From Callorhinchus milii (taxonomy: Eukaryota): a stretch of 64,000 nucleotides of DNA. The notes under the pieces were generated by a model. The model worked only from the letters and a program-made list of their open reading frames with translations, was not told where the DNA came from and did no database searches. This document shows positions 50,660-63,890 of the stretch, piece by piece. The position numbers and the translations under genes are program-made. The first letter of the stretch is position 1. Each line of letters begins with the position of its first letter. The stretch spans positions 77,130,001 through 77,194,000 of the forward strand of contig NW_024704742.1 in assembly GCF_018977255.1 (NCBI RefSeq), read 5' to 3'.

Positions 50660-50850
50660 CAGAGCTCCAAAATTTGGCAAATTCTGAAACAGTCTTAATT
50701 TTGAAGCCAGTTTTCTATATATTTTGTTTTAAGAATTATAGAAACTGATGTCAAAGTTAAGACAGAATTCAACAATTTGCCAAATTTTGGACGCTCTAAA
50801 ATGTTACATAAATTGAGTAAACATAGACCCAGATGGAATTTCCCCTCAGC
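50660..50850. mobile_element. Palindromic MITE-like element
   Basis: tccaaaatttggcaaatt...aatttgccaaattttgga dyad with further internal symmetry. Confidence 0.75.
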
Positions 50851-51794
50851 CTGAAGGCATTTCTTCCTTCCACAGGGTTTGTCCTTGCTTAAGTCACTAT
50901 TTTTCATGCATGACCCTTGATCTAGAGTATTGGCAGGCTATCTGATTGCAAGAAGGATCAGAGCCAAGCTTGATACAGTCCACACACACACACACAGTGT
51001 CGAAGAGACGTTCTTTAGAAAGAAATCAGGAGTGTGAACCTGGGCTGATTCCCCATTCATAATCCAGGGGCACTATGGCCAATTATTGTACATCTACTGC
51101 TGCCCCAACTAAGAACAGCTAATTCAACATGAAGAGTGTATCAAAACTATAATCTTCAAATGTGTATGGTCGTGTACTGCCTTTATACAATAGGGTATTC
51201 AGAGGAGTATATTTACCTCTTAATCGGTTTGAGTATTTTGTTGCTCTGCCTAGAACTTTGGTTGAGGCACAATCTGCATTAGATTTTAAACAGGTCATTA
51301 TCTTTAAAGGAGAAATATAGAAGATTATTTTGGGGAAAAAGCAGGAGAATAGGACTAAATGGATAGTTCTTTCAGAGAACCAATGCAGGACTGTGAGCCG
51401 ATTGGCCTCCTTCTGTGCCGTAAATTTCAATAGTACTAATTTTTTGTTTGAATGTAAATGTTTCAGGATTGTTTTGATGTATTTACTGACACCTGCTTTG
51501 TAATTGATGTTGCTTACAGAGGTCACTGTTTCATCTTTTGAACTTTGGAATTGACCTCAATTTTGTCTGCAAATTTCTTAATCAGGAACTTTTTGAATTT
51601 GTTTTAAATTGTTGCCCTCCTTATTTAAAACATTTTGTCCACCTTCCCTTTGGGGCTGTGAACTTCCACGGATGGGAACAGTTATAGTCACACGTATAAT
51701 GGTTTCTCCATTAGGTTGGTGATTGTATGAGATCCTCCTCTTAGATTAATATTGTACCCAGTGGTCTATACCCTGTGCAGTCTCCATCACTTCA

Positions 51795-52915
51795 CTTTTC
51801 CTCCATCCCCCGCACTGTCTCGTGCGGTGTCCCACAGGGCTCTGTCCTTGGTCCCCTCCTCTTCACCCTCTATATGCTCCCACTTGGTGACATCATCCGC
51901 AGACATGGGGTTAACTTCCACATGTATGCGGATGACACCCAACTGTACCTTTCCTCCTCTACCCTCAACTCCACGACCACCGATGTCCTGACAGCCTGCC
52001 TGTCTGACATTGAGTCCTGGACGAGAGACAACTTTCTTCAGCTCAACGGGCGTAAAACTGAGGACCTCCTGATTGGCTCACGTCAGCGCCTCAGCACCTC
52101 AGGCGCCGACACCATCAGCATCCAAGGCTGCACTCTCCACCTCTCAAAGCCAGTCAGGAACCTCGGGGTTCTGTTCGACCCTGAGCTGTCCTTTCTTCCT
52201 CATATCCGCACCACAACTGGCACCACCTTCCATCATCTCCGGAACATCGTCAGACTACGGCACTACTTCACCCCTCACGCTGCTGAAACTCTGGTCCACG
52301 CCTTTATCACCTCAAGGCTGGACTATGGGAACTCTCTCCTCGCCGGCCTTCCCGCCACCTCCCTCCACACTGCAGGTCATTCAGAACTCTGCAGCTCGTG
52401 TACTGTCCCGTACCAGGCTTCGTGACCACATCAATTCCACCCTCGCTCGCCTCCACTGGCTCCCCATCCCCCAGAGGATCGAATTCAAGATCCTCATCCT
52501 TGCCTACGAGGCCACTCACAGCCTTGTTCCCTCCTATCTCTCCGACCTACTATCCCCCTATCTACCTGCCTGTACCCTACGTTCCTCTGGCTCCGGTCTG
52601 CTCCACATTCCCCGCCCCAACCGCCCTACCAGCGGTGGCCGGGCCTTCAGCCTCTCAGCTCCTAGGCTCTGGAACTCTATCCCCCAGTGCCTTTGCCGCC
52701 TCCTCCCTTTCCTCCTTCAAGGCCGGTCTCAAGACCTTTCTCTTTGACCGTGCCTTCAGCTCCCCTCTCAACTCTCTACCCCCTCCTCGCCCCCTCCCTT
52801 CCCTCCCCTCACCCTGACCATTTCCCCCCTGCTCGGGTCCTGACCCAACTGTCCAGCGCTTTGGGACGTCCTTCCGACATGAAAGGCGCTCTATAAATGG
52901 AATCTTGTTGTTGTT
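51795..52915 (+). mobile_element. Young 5'-truncated L2 LINE (RT domain to tail)
   Basis: [70 protein letters not shown]; frameshift; (ttg)n tail. Confidence 0.96.
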
Positions 52916-54769
52916 TTAAGTTACACAAGAGTAAACTTTTTCAAGATGAAAAGTAAAACAGTATTATGGATATTAACACATTCAAAAAGTAAAATGTAGA
53001 GTTACACCAAAGTAATCTTTACACTCTTAGCAGTGAGTATTCATTAAAATGTCGCTCTGAATGTGTGAAAACGGGGCAGACGTGATGCTCCCTCGGTTTC
53101 GCTCCTTCTTGCACCCCATAGCGAAGCCCAGTCTGTGGTGAACTCCCACAAGTAAGACTGCTCAGTAATACCATGAGGGGGATCACAGGGATGAATAACA
53201 GGTGAGGCTGACTTAGACCCTCGTGGAAAAGGTGCAATCACTGCTGATGGCTCTGATAGTCTTCACAGGTTTTCATTGCCAAGATTCAACAGCAACGATA
53301 TGTAAGACAAAATGGTAGCTCTGTAACAAGAGTCTGACTATAGGAACATTGAGTGTACATTGCAAATTGATTTTAAAATCTGAATTCAGCATATTTGGGT
53401 AGATTTAAAAAAAAGGTTGCATTTTGCACCAATTGGCTCAAATACATTTAGCAGTCTGAGAAATGCTTCTGCTATGTATAAATGGGGGAACTCTATGCTT
53501 TGGGTTCTGATGTCACAGCTAAATATTATGACAAACATTTTGCACGATTGCTTGTAATCACTCTGATACATTCATTTTCAGTACAGTTTGATGGCCATGT
53601 GCCTCAGGTGTCCATTTCCCCAGTTGTTGGTGAGAATATCTGCTGGAGGTTCTGGGTGTTCTGGAGAGGCTGTCAGTTTGCTTGTTTGGTGCATTAAGGA
53701 ATTTGCCCATCCTAGGTGGTTATTCCTCAGAAAGGTGAGAGTGTGTGTGTTTAAGACTGTAATCATTATTGCTAGATATCTGTTCTACATATTCACTGCA
53801 AGACCTTTGATCTTATCCTGTAATTTGTTTTGAGGTTTGCTGGTTTACTACTCTTCTGTAGGTTAATAATAATACTAACATTTGATATCATGACTTTCAC
53901 ATCAGGAGGACTTCTCAAAGTGCTTCACTGGATTTTATGTTTACTGTAAAGTATAGTAACTGTGTATTTGTAGGCAAAAGAGGAAGCTCATTTGCGCATG
54001 GAGTACTCTATAAAAAGCCATGAAATAATTGACCAATTTTATTCAGAGGATTGTTAACTAGGATACTGGGAGAAATTACCTTTTTTTGTGGAATTAGTGC
54101 CATGGGAGTTTTAACATCCACCTAATCAAGTAAACCTTCACAACCTAAATTAAATAACTAGCAGCTGCTTTGCCTACCTTATTTATCACTTTGACCCAAA
54201 TCATGTCTCATCTTGATTTTCTTCATCCAACAAAAGAAAGTTTGACTCAGAGGGTCTCTTCACAACCTAGAGCTGCATACAGAATTGTACTCAGTTGGAG
54301 AGCTTTCTGGGGTTAACATGTCATATTCATTCTTGGACTGGTTCTATTTACCAATTCCCATTGAAATCAGTGAAGTCCAGAATATATAGTCTGGTGTCTC
54401 CCAATCATTTGAGTAAATGAGGAGTGACAAATCTGAAATTCTAAGTCTCTACTAACCTAATAACATTATTCAATTAAGGTAACACTTACCATTTACTTTT
54501 CAGATGGAATAGCGCTACAGAGTACTTTACAGAAATGACTCTGCCAAACCTTACTTTCACTTTATTTTAGAAAAGCATAAAAAAAGGAATAGCCAAATCA
54601 AAGTATTACCAAAATTTTAAAACTCACAACTACAATTGTAATAAGTTGCCCACAAAACACAAGAATAAATAACAGTGTATTATTGGCAGTGGTCAAATGC
54701 TTGCTCCAAGCTGCGTCCTTGTTACTGTATAGCAACAGGGCTCTTTCAAAGAATTCTTTGGTATATATA

Positions 54770-55290
54770 GTATAACCCTGGATGAACCTCAATTTCTTGC
54801 AGCTTAACATGGACATGACTCTTGCCAATGTCTCCTCACTTACGGCTCTGAGCATCTCAATCTCCCTAGCCTCTCTCTCAAGCTCACTGAAAAAGTATGA
54901 AACTTCAGTGTCCCATTCAATCCTCAGTTCTCCTTCCTTGCTCACATCTGGCGTCTGACCAAGAATGCTTTTTTTCATCTTTGCCACATTGTCCACCTCT
55001 GCCCCTGTCTTGCACTAAATGTTGCTGAAACCCTTATTCGTGCTTCCTACGTGGACTTTTCAAATGCACTTTTCACTAGTTTTCCTCGTAGTTCTACTAT
55101 TCATTTACCCAGCTAATCCATAGCTTTGATGCCCACACCCTCAGTCACTGCAAACTCCAGTTGCCCATCACCCCAATCCTCGTCTTGTTCTCCTTCAACC
55201 GCAAAAATAGTCACCTTCCCCCTTCCCCCTTCTCCCTTTCTTAAGCACTACCTGACATTATTCTGTGTGAAGGATGCAAGTTGTTGTTGT
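54770..55290 (+). mobile_element. Old L2 fragment
   Basis: tggatgaacctcaatttcttgcagcttaac; gctgaaacccttattcgtgc. Confidence 0.65.
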
Positions 55291-55329
55291 TGTATAGATA
55301 AAGTGGACTCCAGTGCCTCACAGAATATA

Positions 55330-55930
55330 CTATAAAGAGGACCTATTGTTTCAAACTCAGAAGGGGGAATAGACAGTTAGATTGAACTATGTTATTCAGA
55401 TGGTAGTTAACACTTGGAACAGTTTTCCTACGAAGACAGTGGAAGAAGATAGTGTTGGGGTTTTAAAGAAACTGAATACATTTTTGAAAATAATTGGGAA
55501 TAGAACCATAAAAGTTTGCAGCGTGTCTGTGCCAGCTTTTGTAAAGTGCAATCCTTTCAGTCCCATTTACCGCGATAGTTTACTGCTTTTAAGATATCTA
55601 TCTAGTTATTTTTTTGAAAGCTAATATAAGTTCTCGATCACCAATCCCAGCAGGTCAATCCATAAACTAACTCCTATGGAGATAAAAAAAATTCCAGCCT
55701 CCCCATTTGTTCATTTACTAACAATCATGAATTGATGCTCTCTTGTCACTGACTCAACGACCAGTTGAAATAATTTAATTTCACCCTATTAACTCAATTA
55801 AAACCCCTTATAATTTAAAGATCTCTATCAGGTCACCCCTTAACCTTTTTTATTGTAGCAGAAAGAGTGTCAGTTCCTCCAGTCTCCACTCATAGGCCAA
55901 ACCACTCAACCCTTGTATCATTCTAGTATA
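55330..55930. mobile_element. Two decayed CR1 3' fragments in opposite orientation
   Basis: VVNTWNSFPTKTVE on +; tctctatcaggtcacccctt (RGDLIE) on -. Confidence 0.6.
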
Positions 55931-56454
55931 TGTGAGAAAAGGAGAGATGCTATTTGAAAATGGGATCAGACAAAAGTATTACATTGTCTTTTCCAGTCCT
56001 GCATATTTCTATCATTCAGCTGTATTTTGAAATGAATGAATACAGACCTTAAAGGAGGAGTTAGTCGAATGAGAATGCCTATCAAACTGGTGAATTCAAG
56101 TAAAAATAACTATTTGGGGCACATTTAGGGGAAAATGGTTTCCTGTCACTGGACTCAACCCAGGAAAATCTTTTCCTTCACTTCAGTTACAATTAATTGA
56201 GTCATTTAAAAGTCATTTGCAGCCTTTCATTTTTCTCCTATGCATTTTGAAACTAGGCAACTCTTTTTGTTGAGTGCAGAACATTAAAGGAGAAAAGAAA
56301 CACAAGACCTGACATTCAAATACCTTCATTTGACACAAAGCTTATTTTGGAACCAGAGCTAATCTAATGATTACTTTTCTTTCTAACCTACGACATTATG
56401 TTGAGTTTGGAGAGATTCAAGATTTTTTTTTGGTCAGACAGGTGTCTAATGCAT

Positions 56455-56822
56455 AATAATAATCGTTGCGTTTGATAGAGTGCCTTATCAGGTCTTCAAG
56501 ACATCTCAAAGTGCTTCACAGAATATACTATAAAGTGAAACAAAAACAGAAGTCGCTGAAGTCGTTGTCATTTCAGCGACTTATAATTTAGTTTCAGATT
56601 TCCAGCATCTGCAGTATTTTGCGTGTGTTTATACTATAAAGTGAGTTGACTGTATATTTTGTGGGCAAAAAACAGCAGCCAATTAATTGAACATAGCAGT
56701 GTCCCACAAATAGTCGTGGATTGAATGACCAAATTTATTTTTATGGAATCATTAACCCTGGAAAAGCATCCGCCAATCGACTAACAACCGGCAAGTGCTC
56801 TAACCAATGTGCTAGAGACTCC
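56455..56822 (-). mobile_element. SINE carrying a 91-bp nested insertion
   Basis: SINE tail and head present; insert 56539-56629 flanked by tatactataaagtga duplicates. Confidence 0.85.
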
Positions 56823-56839
56823 ACTTATTACTGTGCTTA

Positions 56840-57080
56840 AGAGGATCAAATGAGACTGAGAGTTCCATATACATAATCCACCTATACATGGAAATGTTCA
56901 TGTATTGGAATGGAATGCACATTCTCTCCCTGGAGTGACACACCCTGCGGTCTAATCCTGGAGAGTATTAGGTGCAGGTTGGCAAGAAACAAGCCTCTGG
57001 GCCCCCAGAGTGTGTGTTGAGGTACTGCTGGAGTTCAATCATCTAAGACTGCAGAGCTTGACATTGACATGGGAGCTGAA
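56840..57080 (-). repeat. Unclassified repeat, copy C
   Basis: gagttccatata, ggtactgctggag = reverse complement of copy A/B blocks. Confidence 0.7.
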
Positions 57081-57490
57081 TACAACAAAAAAACAACAAA
57101 ATTACATTTGTAAAGCACCTTTCACGTCGGGAGGACATCTCAAGGTGCTGAACAGTCAGGGATCCGGACCCAAGCGTGGGGGGACAGGGTTGAGATGAGG
57201 GAGGGGGGTAGGAGGGCAACTGAAGGCACGGTCAAAAAGGAGGATCTTGAGTCGTGCCATGAAGGAGGCAAGAGAGGGAACAAGGCGAAGGGATTGTGGG
57301 ATGGAGTTCCAAAGAATGGGGGCAGAGAGGCTGAAAGCCCAGCCGCTGATGGTAAGGTGGGTCGGGTGGGAGACCTGGAGCAGGCCAGAGCCTGCTGAGT
57401 AGATGGAGCAGACAGGTTGATAGGGGGTCAGCAGGTCAGAGAATTATGAGGGGGCAAGGCTGTGGAGGGCTTGGAAAGTGAGGAATAGGA
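57081..57490 (-). mobile_element. L2 3' end
   Basis: acctttcacgtcgggaggacatctcaaggtgctg tail. Confidence 0.85.
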
Positions 57491-58269
57491 GGAATCCCTG
57501 CTTCAAGTAATGAAATTATTTCCACAGAATTAATTCCAAGAAATTAATTTCATTCACAAATTAATATTGCACAATGTTAATTGCTTCATGTAAACTCAAC
57601 GTTTCAGGTCAGTACAGAGCTATGTTTTTCAGGAATCATAGGTCAGTAGCTGAAAATTCCATTCACTCCATGCCTGGGGGCAGCTTACTCTCTAGCATCG
57701 GTGAGCTGGCAAACAACGCAGCAGCTTGCAACTAGGATCAGCGTGATTGTCCCTGCAGCTCCAGTCCTGCAGAGCGCTTTTCTCTTCACTGTTCCAGTTC
57801 ATCCTTTGTATTTTGTCACAGCTTTTCTCTAACTGACTGACTGGCTGGCTGGCTGGCTGGCTGACTCCTCATCCATACCTAGAGGACTCTCAGCCTTTAT
57901 GTCCTCTGGTTAAAGTTTCAGTAAGTTTTTCCCAAGAGAAAAGGTTAATATCGCTGCATTTTTTAAAAAAAAGTCTTTGGGCAAAATCCATTTTTATATC
58001 AGTATGTCAACACATATGTTAAAGTACTATGAATTTCAGTGCCAATAGCCACTATCCTACCTGCTTCATTGGACACAATGTTTTCTATGCTGCAGGAGCC
58101 AAAAGGCAAGGATAGAAGGGGGAGGAGGCGAAGGAGTGATAGGATGCTGGCTGTGAAGTGTAGGAAGCTATGGTTAAATTGGAGAGATGTGAGAGGTGTG
58201 TAATAAGGGACATTTTTGTTTGTTTGCCTTTTGGAATTAGGGAGTGTCTGCAGACCTCCCCTGTTACCC

Positions 58270-58670
58270 TTAGAGATTAAGCAAGTATCAAATATTGTGG
58301 GTTCAAGTCTCACACTGGGCTTTTGAACTCAAAGTCTACACTCACATTCCAGTGCAGTGCTGGGGGGGTGCTGCATTGTCGGAGGTGGCATGCTTCGGGT
58401 AGGACGTTAAACCGAGATTCCATCTGCGCGTTCCAGTAGACGTCAAAGATCCCATGGCACTACTCAAAAAGAGAAGGGAGTTTCTCCCAGTGTCCTGGCT
58501 GACAATCCCTTGAATAAAATTGGTCGCTTACTCCATGGCCGTTTGTCGGACACTGCCATGCGCAAATTCGCAGCTGTATTTGCCCACAAATACACAGTGA
58601 AATTCTGTGAAGTACTTTGAGACATCTCGACTATATGATAAAGTGCTATATCAAATGCAATGATTTTTAT
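58270..58670 (+). mobile_element. DeuSINE-type SINE, near full length
   Basis: gggttcaagtc B-box; gtgctgcattgtcggagg; gttaaaccgag; aaagatcccatggcacta; agggagtttctcccagtgtcctggc; L2-like tail. Confidence 0.85.
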
Positions 58671-60235
58671 AAATTATCATTTCACTGGTGTCTTGCTCGG
58701 CTCTATTGGTTCCCCATTTCCCAGTGGATCACACTCAAGATCCTCCTTCCCACATTCAAATCCCTCCACAGTTTCTCCCCACCCTAGCTCTGCAAACTCC
58801 TTCAACTACACTGACCTGGCCACTCACTTCACTCAGCAAACATTCTCTCCCTCCCCATCGGCCCAGCATTGGCTGGCAGGCTATCAGCTATTCTGCCCTG
58901 CTCTCTGGAACTTTATTCCAGAGTCACTCCCTTCCCTTTTTCAAGGCACATCTCAAAACATACCTCTCTGACTGCTTTTGGTCATTTTTCCTCTCCCCCT
59001 GCCCCCTCAGCTCCCACCCACAGCTCAGGTGCCTATCTAACTTTGTCAACTACTTTTGTGGAGATCTCAGCATCTTACGTTCAGGATCCACTATAATAAT
59101 AATCCTTACATTTGATATAGTGCCTTTCACATCAGGGAAACATCTCAAAAAGTTTCACAGGTTATACTGTTAAGTAGAATGCCTGTGTTTTGTTGGCAAA
59201 CTCTGTAGGAATAACAAATGTAGCCACTGGGAGTCTCAGATAATATTTTGATAGCTGCCAATGACAACTCCATCTCACTCTTTTCTGAGACCTGAAAGCT
59301 GTAGAATGTTTTACCTCCCTCAGTCTCCTCCCACAACCACAGACTTTGAATATCCAAGATTTACATCACCCAGATAAATCTTCTCGATGTCTCTCATCTT
59401 CTCTCCTAATCTTGTCAGCCTCTGCCCTGTTCTGTGAACTTTCGTCTTTCATCTAAGTTTTGCAGGTTAATAAAGGAAAAGTGAGCAATTCATTAGTGAC
59501 ACAGATGAGTGAGCCTTCCTGTTAAACCCAGGAGCCTGCATCGATCAGGAAAATCAGCTGTGGTATATTCATCACAGTTCTGATACAGTAAGACATTTGT
59601 ACCTTTGTATCCCCCGCATTGAGTCCCAATGTAGAAGTTATAGAATACACTAGATTCGATTTGTTTGTTTGTTTAATTAACTGCAAACCAATCCCCAGCC
59701 AATGGTGTGAAGTAATGCCCTGCAGTTAAGGCTCTGTTGTAGCTGTGTGTCTGCACCAGTAGTACCAGATGTGCCAGATGGGTTGTCAGCTGATTGCCAG
59801 CTTATGTCACTTGATAAATCTTAACAGGTTTTAAGGGGAAAGCAAAAGCAAAAAAATTGTGGTGAGGGGAAATTACTCAAATATCAATTACTCGCCCAAT
59901 AATGAATAGAATAAAGTTGCATACAAATCGTTAATCTTTAAAGGAGTAAAAATTTTTTAGTAGCTATCAAAATATGGCATCTATCATTTTGACATCTGCA
60001 ATGATCTGGGTCTGTGCCAACCCATACTCAGGCCTTTCTTCATAATCTCTTCTCTCTGTCTCTCTTTGTATCTCTAATTCTCTCATTGGGATCAATGAAA
60101 TGACAGTCACTAATTATAAATATATAACAAAACAATCGCTACTTTTGGGGGTTAGGGTGTGGTGATGTATGTATTTGATATAGCACCTTCCATCTCAAAG
60201 CACTTCATTTACAGTAGAGTGTAGTAACTGTGTAT

Positions 60236-60447
60236 CACGCCTAATAATAATCCCTCCAAAAACAATAATAAAAATTGGTCATTTTCAATCTACGACTGTT
60301 TGTGGGACATTGCTGTGCGCAATTGGCTGCCGCGTTCGCCCACAAATATACAGTCAATTCACTTTACAGTGTGTTCTGTGAAGCGCTTTGGGACGTCCTC
60401 CCAACGTGAAAAGCGCTATATCAAATGCAAGGATTATTATTATTATT
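60236..60447 (+). mobile_element. Headless young SINE 3' module
   Basis: Near-identical to 28853-29066 reversed. Confidence 0.9.
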
Positions 60448-60564
60448 GTTGACGAACACCTGTTAACATCCATCTGAACAGGGTAGACTGGACCTCAGTG
60501 TAACATATCATTTCTGTCTTCCCCCCCTCTCTCTCATACACACACATACACCCACACTGTTTTT

Positions 60565-60830
60565 ATAATAATAATCCTTGCATTTGATATAGCGCCTTAT
60601 CACGTCTTCGAGACGTCTCAAAGCTCTTCACAGAATACACTGTAAAGTGAATTGACTGTATATTTTGTGGGCGAAATGTGGCAGCCAATTACGCACAGCA
60701 GTATCCCTCAAACAGTTGTGGATTGAAGTGATCATTTTTTTTAAAGGAATTATTCCCCCTTGAAAAGGGATCCGCCAATTGACTAACTACCTACTTACTG
60801 CTAGGTAAACAGAGGCATGTGGAGTAAAGA
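60565..60830 (-). mobile_element. SINE long variant, head missing
   Basis: (aat)n ccttgcatttgatatagcgcc tail; gatccgccaattgactaac block. Confidence 0.85.
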
Positions 60831-62280
60831 AAGTCCACTTCTATTTTTCTTCTATTCCATCATCCAACTCTACCCCCATGATCCATAGTTTTTGGCTAAG
60901 TTCCCCAACACACAATGTAGCAGCTGCTCTCGTTGTTAAGAAGGTACTCAGTTGTGAGAGATTTAATATACTCCCTATTTTGACTGGTACGAATGATCAC
61001 ACAACCAAACTTAATTAAATAATATTTGTTTTTTGCGCTGCACTGAGGTAAATGTTTAAACAAATTATTTATTTAATATGTTATGGAGGCCTCTTAAATC
61101 TAGGGATTGCAATCCCGGGATTTCGGGAGCACTATTCCCATTTGATCGCCTCCAGCCTCCCAGGCCCTGATATCAGTTTCTCTGATATGGACAAGAAGTA
61201 AAGATGCACCTACAAACATAAGGCACCATCGATAGTTAGGCACACCCTGAATTTGGAAATTTGCTTAAATGGAAATACACACACCTTATAATTGAGTAAA
61301 TATAGTAGTTTTCAGTGGGGGAAAGCTAAGTAATGGAATGGCAATAAATCTCACTCTGAGCCAGACATCTTTCAGTTCCAGTGATCTTGAAGAATCCATC
61401 ACCAATTGAAAAATGAGAGATTGGGAGTCTTCACACTGGAGGCAGGAGGTTCCAGGAGATTTTAGTGGAAACATTCAAGATTTTATAGTGAATCTTAACA
61501 ATATATTTAACGTGGTTAAAATATTTAGTATTGGGGGTGGGGTGGGGGCTAGGGTGGACACTGACTTGAGGTTAGAAGAAGGAAAGTGAAAAGATAGTTT
61601 AAACATGATGGGTGCAGTAGAGGAATTAGGAAGCTGTTTGGTGAGAAATTGTTTGAGGGGCGTGAGGGATAGATATATGGTTTTTCACCACAATTGTCTT
61701 TTCCAGTGTCATACAGCCTTACGTTTCTCTGGTGTTGTCAAATGAATTACCAAGGTTAACTTGATTTGCTTCTTTCAAATTGTTTCATCAGCAATATAAT
61801 TGCTCGCCCCTATGGTGGGATAATGTTGTGCACAAAGTAGCTGCCTTGTCACCCACAAATACACAATCATTGCACTTTATGGTAAAATCCTGCGAAATGC
61901 ATTGAGATAAGGCCCTGTATCAAATGCAAAGATTATTAATGTAATTTAAACTGAAATGCTGAAAGTGAATTTCAAAGAATGTGTTCCAATTATTACGAAG
62001 GATGATTTGACCCTTCTTTGCCTGTCCTCTCCTGAGGATGCTGACGCACGCAGGGATATGTTTCCACAGATGCCGGCACCCTTCTGGTAACTCATTCAAA
62101 TGGTCATTCTTCATGCGTGAGCCTGGGCAAAGAGTATCAGCAGGCATCTACACTACGAGGCCTCACAGCCAAGTTAATCCTGGTCTCACCTGGGGCTGAA
62201 ATTTCTTTCTGCTATTTGGTCCAATTTTAGAATTTTGAAGGACGATTTCACAACAAGCACAAGGAAGTTTCTCTTTACCT

Positions 62281-63890
62281 ACAACAACAACAGCAACAAC
62301 AAGATTTCATTTATAAAGCGCCTTTCACGTCAGGAGGACGTCCCAAGGCGCTGCACAGTTGGGTCATGACCCGAGCAGGGGGGAAATGGTCAGGGTGAGG
62401 GGAGGGAAGGGAGGGAGCGAGGAGGGGGAAATGGTCAGGGTGAGGGAAGGGAGGGAGCGAGGAGGGGGAAGAGAGTCGAGAGGGGAGCTGAAGGCTCGGT
62501 CAAAGAGAAAGGTTTTGAGACCGGCCTTGAAGGAGGAAAGGGAGGAGGCGGCGAAGGCACTGGGGGATAGAGTTCCAGAGCCTCGGGGCTGAGAGGCTGA
62601 AGGCCCGACCACCGATGGTAGGGCGGTTGGGGCGGGGGACGTGGAGCAGACCGGAGCCAGAGGAACGGAGGGTACGGGCAGGTAGGTAGGGGATAGTAGG
62701 TTGGAGAGGTAGGAGGGAGCAAGGCCGTGAATGGCCTTGTAGGTGAGGATGAGGATCTTGAAATCAATCCTCTGGGGGATGGGGAGCCAGTGGAGGCGAG
62801 CGAGGGTGGGAGTGATGTGGTCCCGAAGCCTGGTGCGGGACAGTACACGAGCTGCAGAGTTCTGAATGACCTGCAGCTTGTGGAGGGAGGTGGCGGGAAG
62901 GCCGGCGAGGAGAGAGTTCCCATAGTCCAGCCTTGAGGTGACAAAGGCGTGAACCAGGGTTTCAGCAGCGTGAGGGGTGAGGTAATGCCGTAGTCTGGCG
63001 ATGTTCCGGAGGTGATGGAAGGCGGTGCCAGTTGTGGTGTGGATGTGAGGGAGAAAGGACAGCTCAGGGTCGAACAAAACGCCGAGGTTCCTGACTGGCT
63101 TTGAGAGGTGGAGAGTGCAGCCTTGGATGCTGATGGTGTCGGCGCCTGAGGTGCGGAGGCGCTGACGCGAACCAATCAGGAGGGCCTCGGTTTTTCGCAC
63201 GTTGAGCTGAAGAAAGTTGTCTCTCGTCCAGGACTCGATGTCGGACAGGCAGCTGTCAGGACATCGGTGGTCGTGGAGTTGAGAGTAGAGGAGGAAAGGT
63301 AGAGTTGGGTGTCATCCGCATACATGTGGAAGTTAACTCCATGTCTGCGGATGATGTCACCGAGGGGGAGCATATAGAGGGTGAAGAGGAGGGGACCGAG
63401 GACAGAGCCCTGAGGGACACCACATGAGACAGTACGGGGGGTGGAGGAGAAGCCATTCATCGAGACAAAGTGAAGACGGTGAGAAAGGTACGACCTAAAC
63501 CACTCAAGGACAGTGCCTTGAAGGTTGAGGTGGGAGGACAAGCGGTGGAGTAGGATAGCGTGGTCGACCGTATCGAATGCTGCTGATAGGTCGAGGAGGA
63601 CGAGGAGGCAGAGGGAGCCCTGGTCACAGATGGTCAGGATATCATTGGTGACCTTGACCAGGGCAGTTTCTGTGCTATGGGCAGCACGGAAACCTGACTG
63701 AAGGGGTTCGAAAAGTGAATGGGTGGAAAGGAAAGAGCGCAGTTGGGAGGCGACAACTCTTTCCAGGACCTTGGAGAGAAAGGGGAGGTTGGAGATGGGC
63801 CGGTAGCTTGATAGCTGCGACGCATCAAGGGAGGGTTTTTTCAGGGTGGGCGTAATGGTGGCAGTTTTTAAGGGAGGATAAGGGAGGACC
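62281..63890 (-). mobile_element. Young 5'-truncated L2 LINE (ORF2 RT)
   Basis: YRPISNL-like region, [32 protein letters not shown]; frameshift between ORFs 63176 and 62364; near-identical to 51795-52915. Confidence 0.96.

Noticed and set aside
51752..52896. Long overlapping ORFs (216, 224, 139 aa) as a host gene or active RT system
   Set aside because: Frameshifted, 5'-truncated L2 ORF2 and its alternative frames; no endonuclease domain or ORF1
61101..61490. Palindrome gggattgcaatccc and a short open frame as a possible upstream NFIB exon
   Set aside because: No supportable homology or splice donor; looks more like the decayed end of a DNA-transposon relic
62359..63828. 278-aa and 246-aa ORFs
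   Set aside because: Same L2 family, frameshifted and truncated; cannot be autonomous
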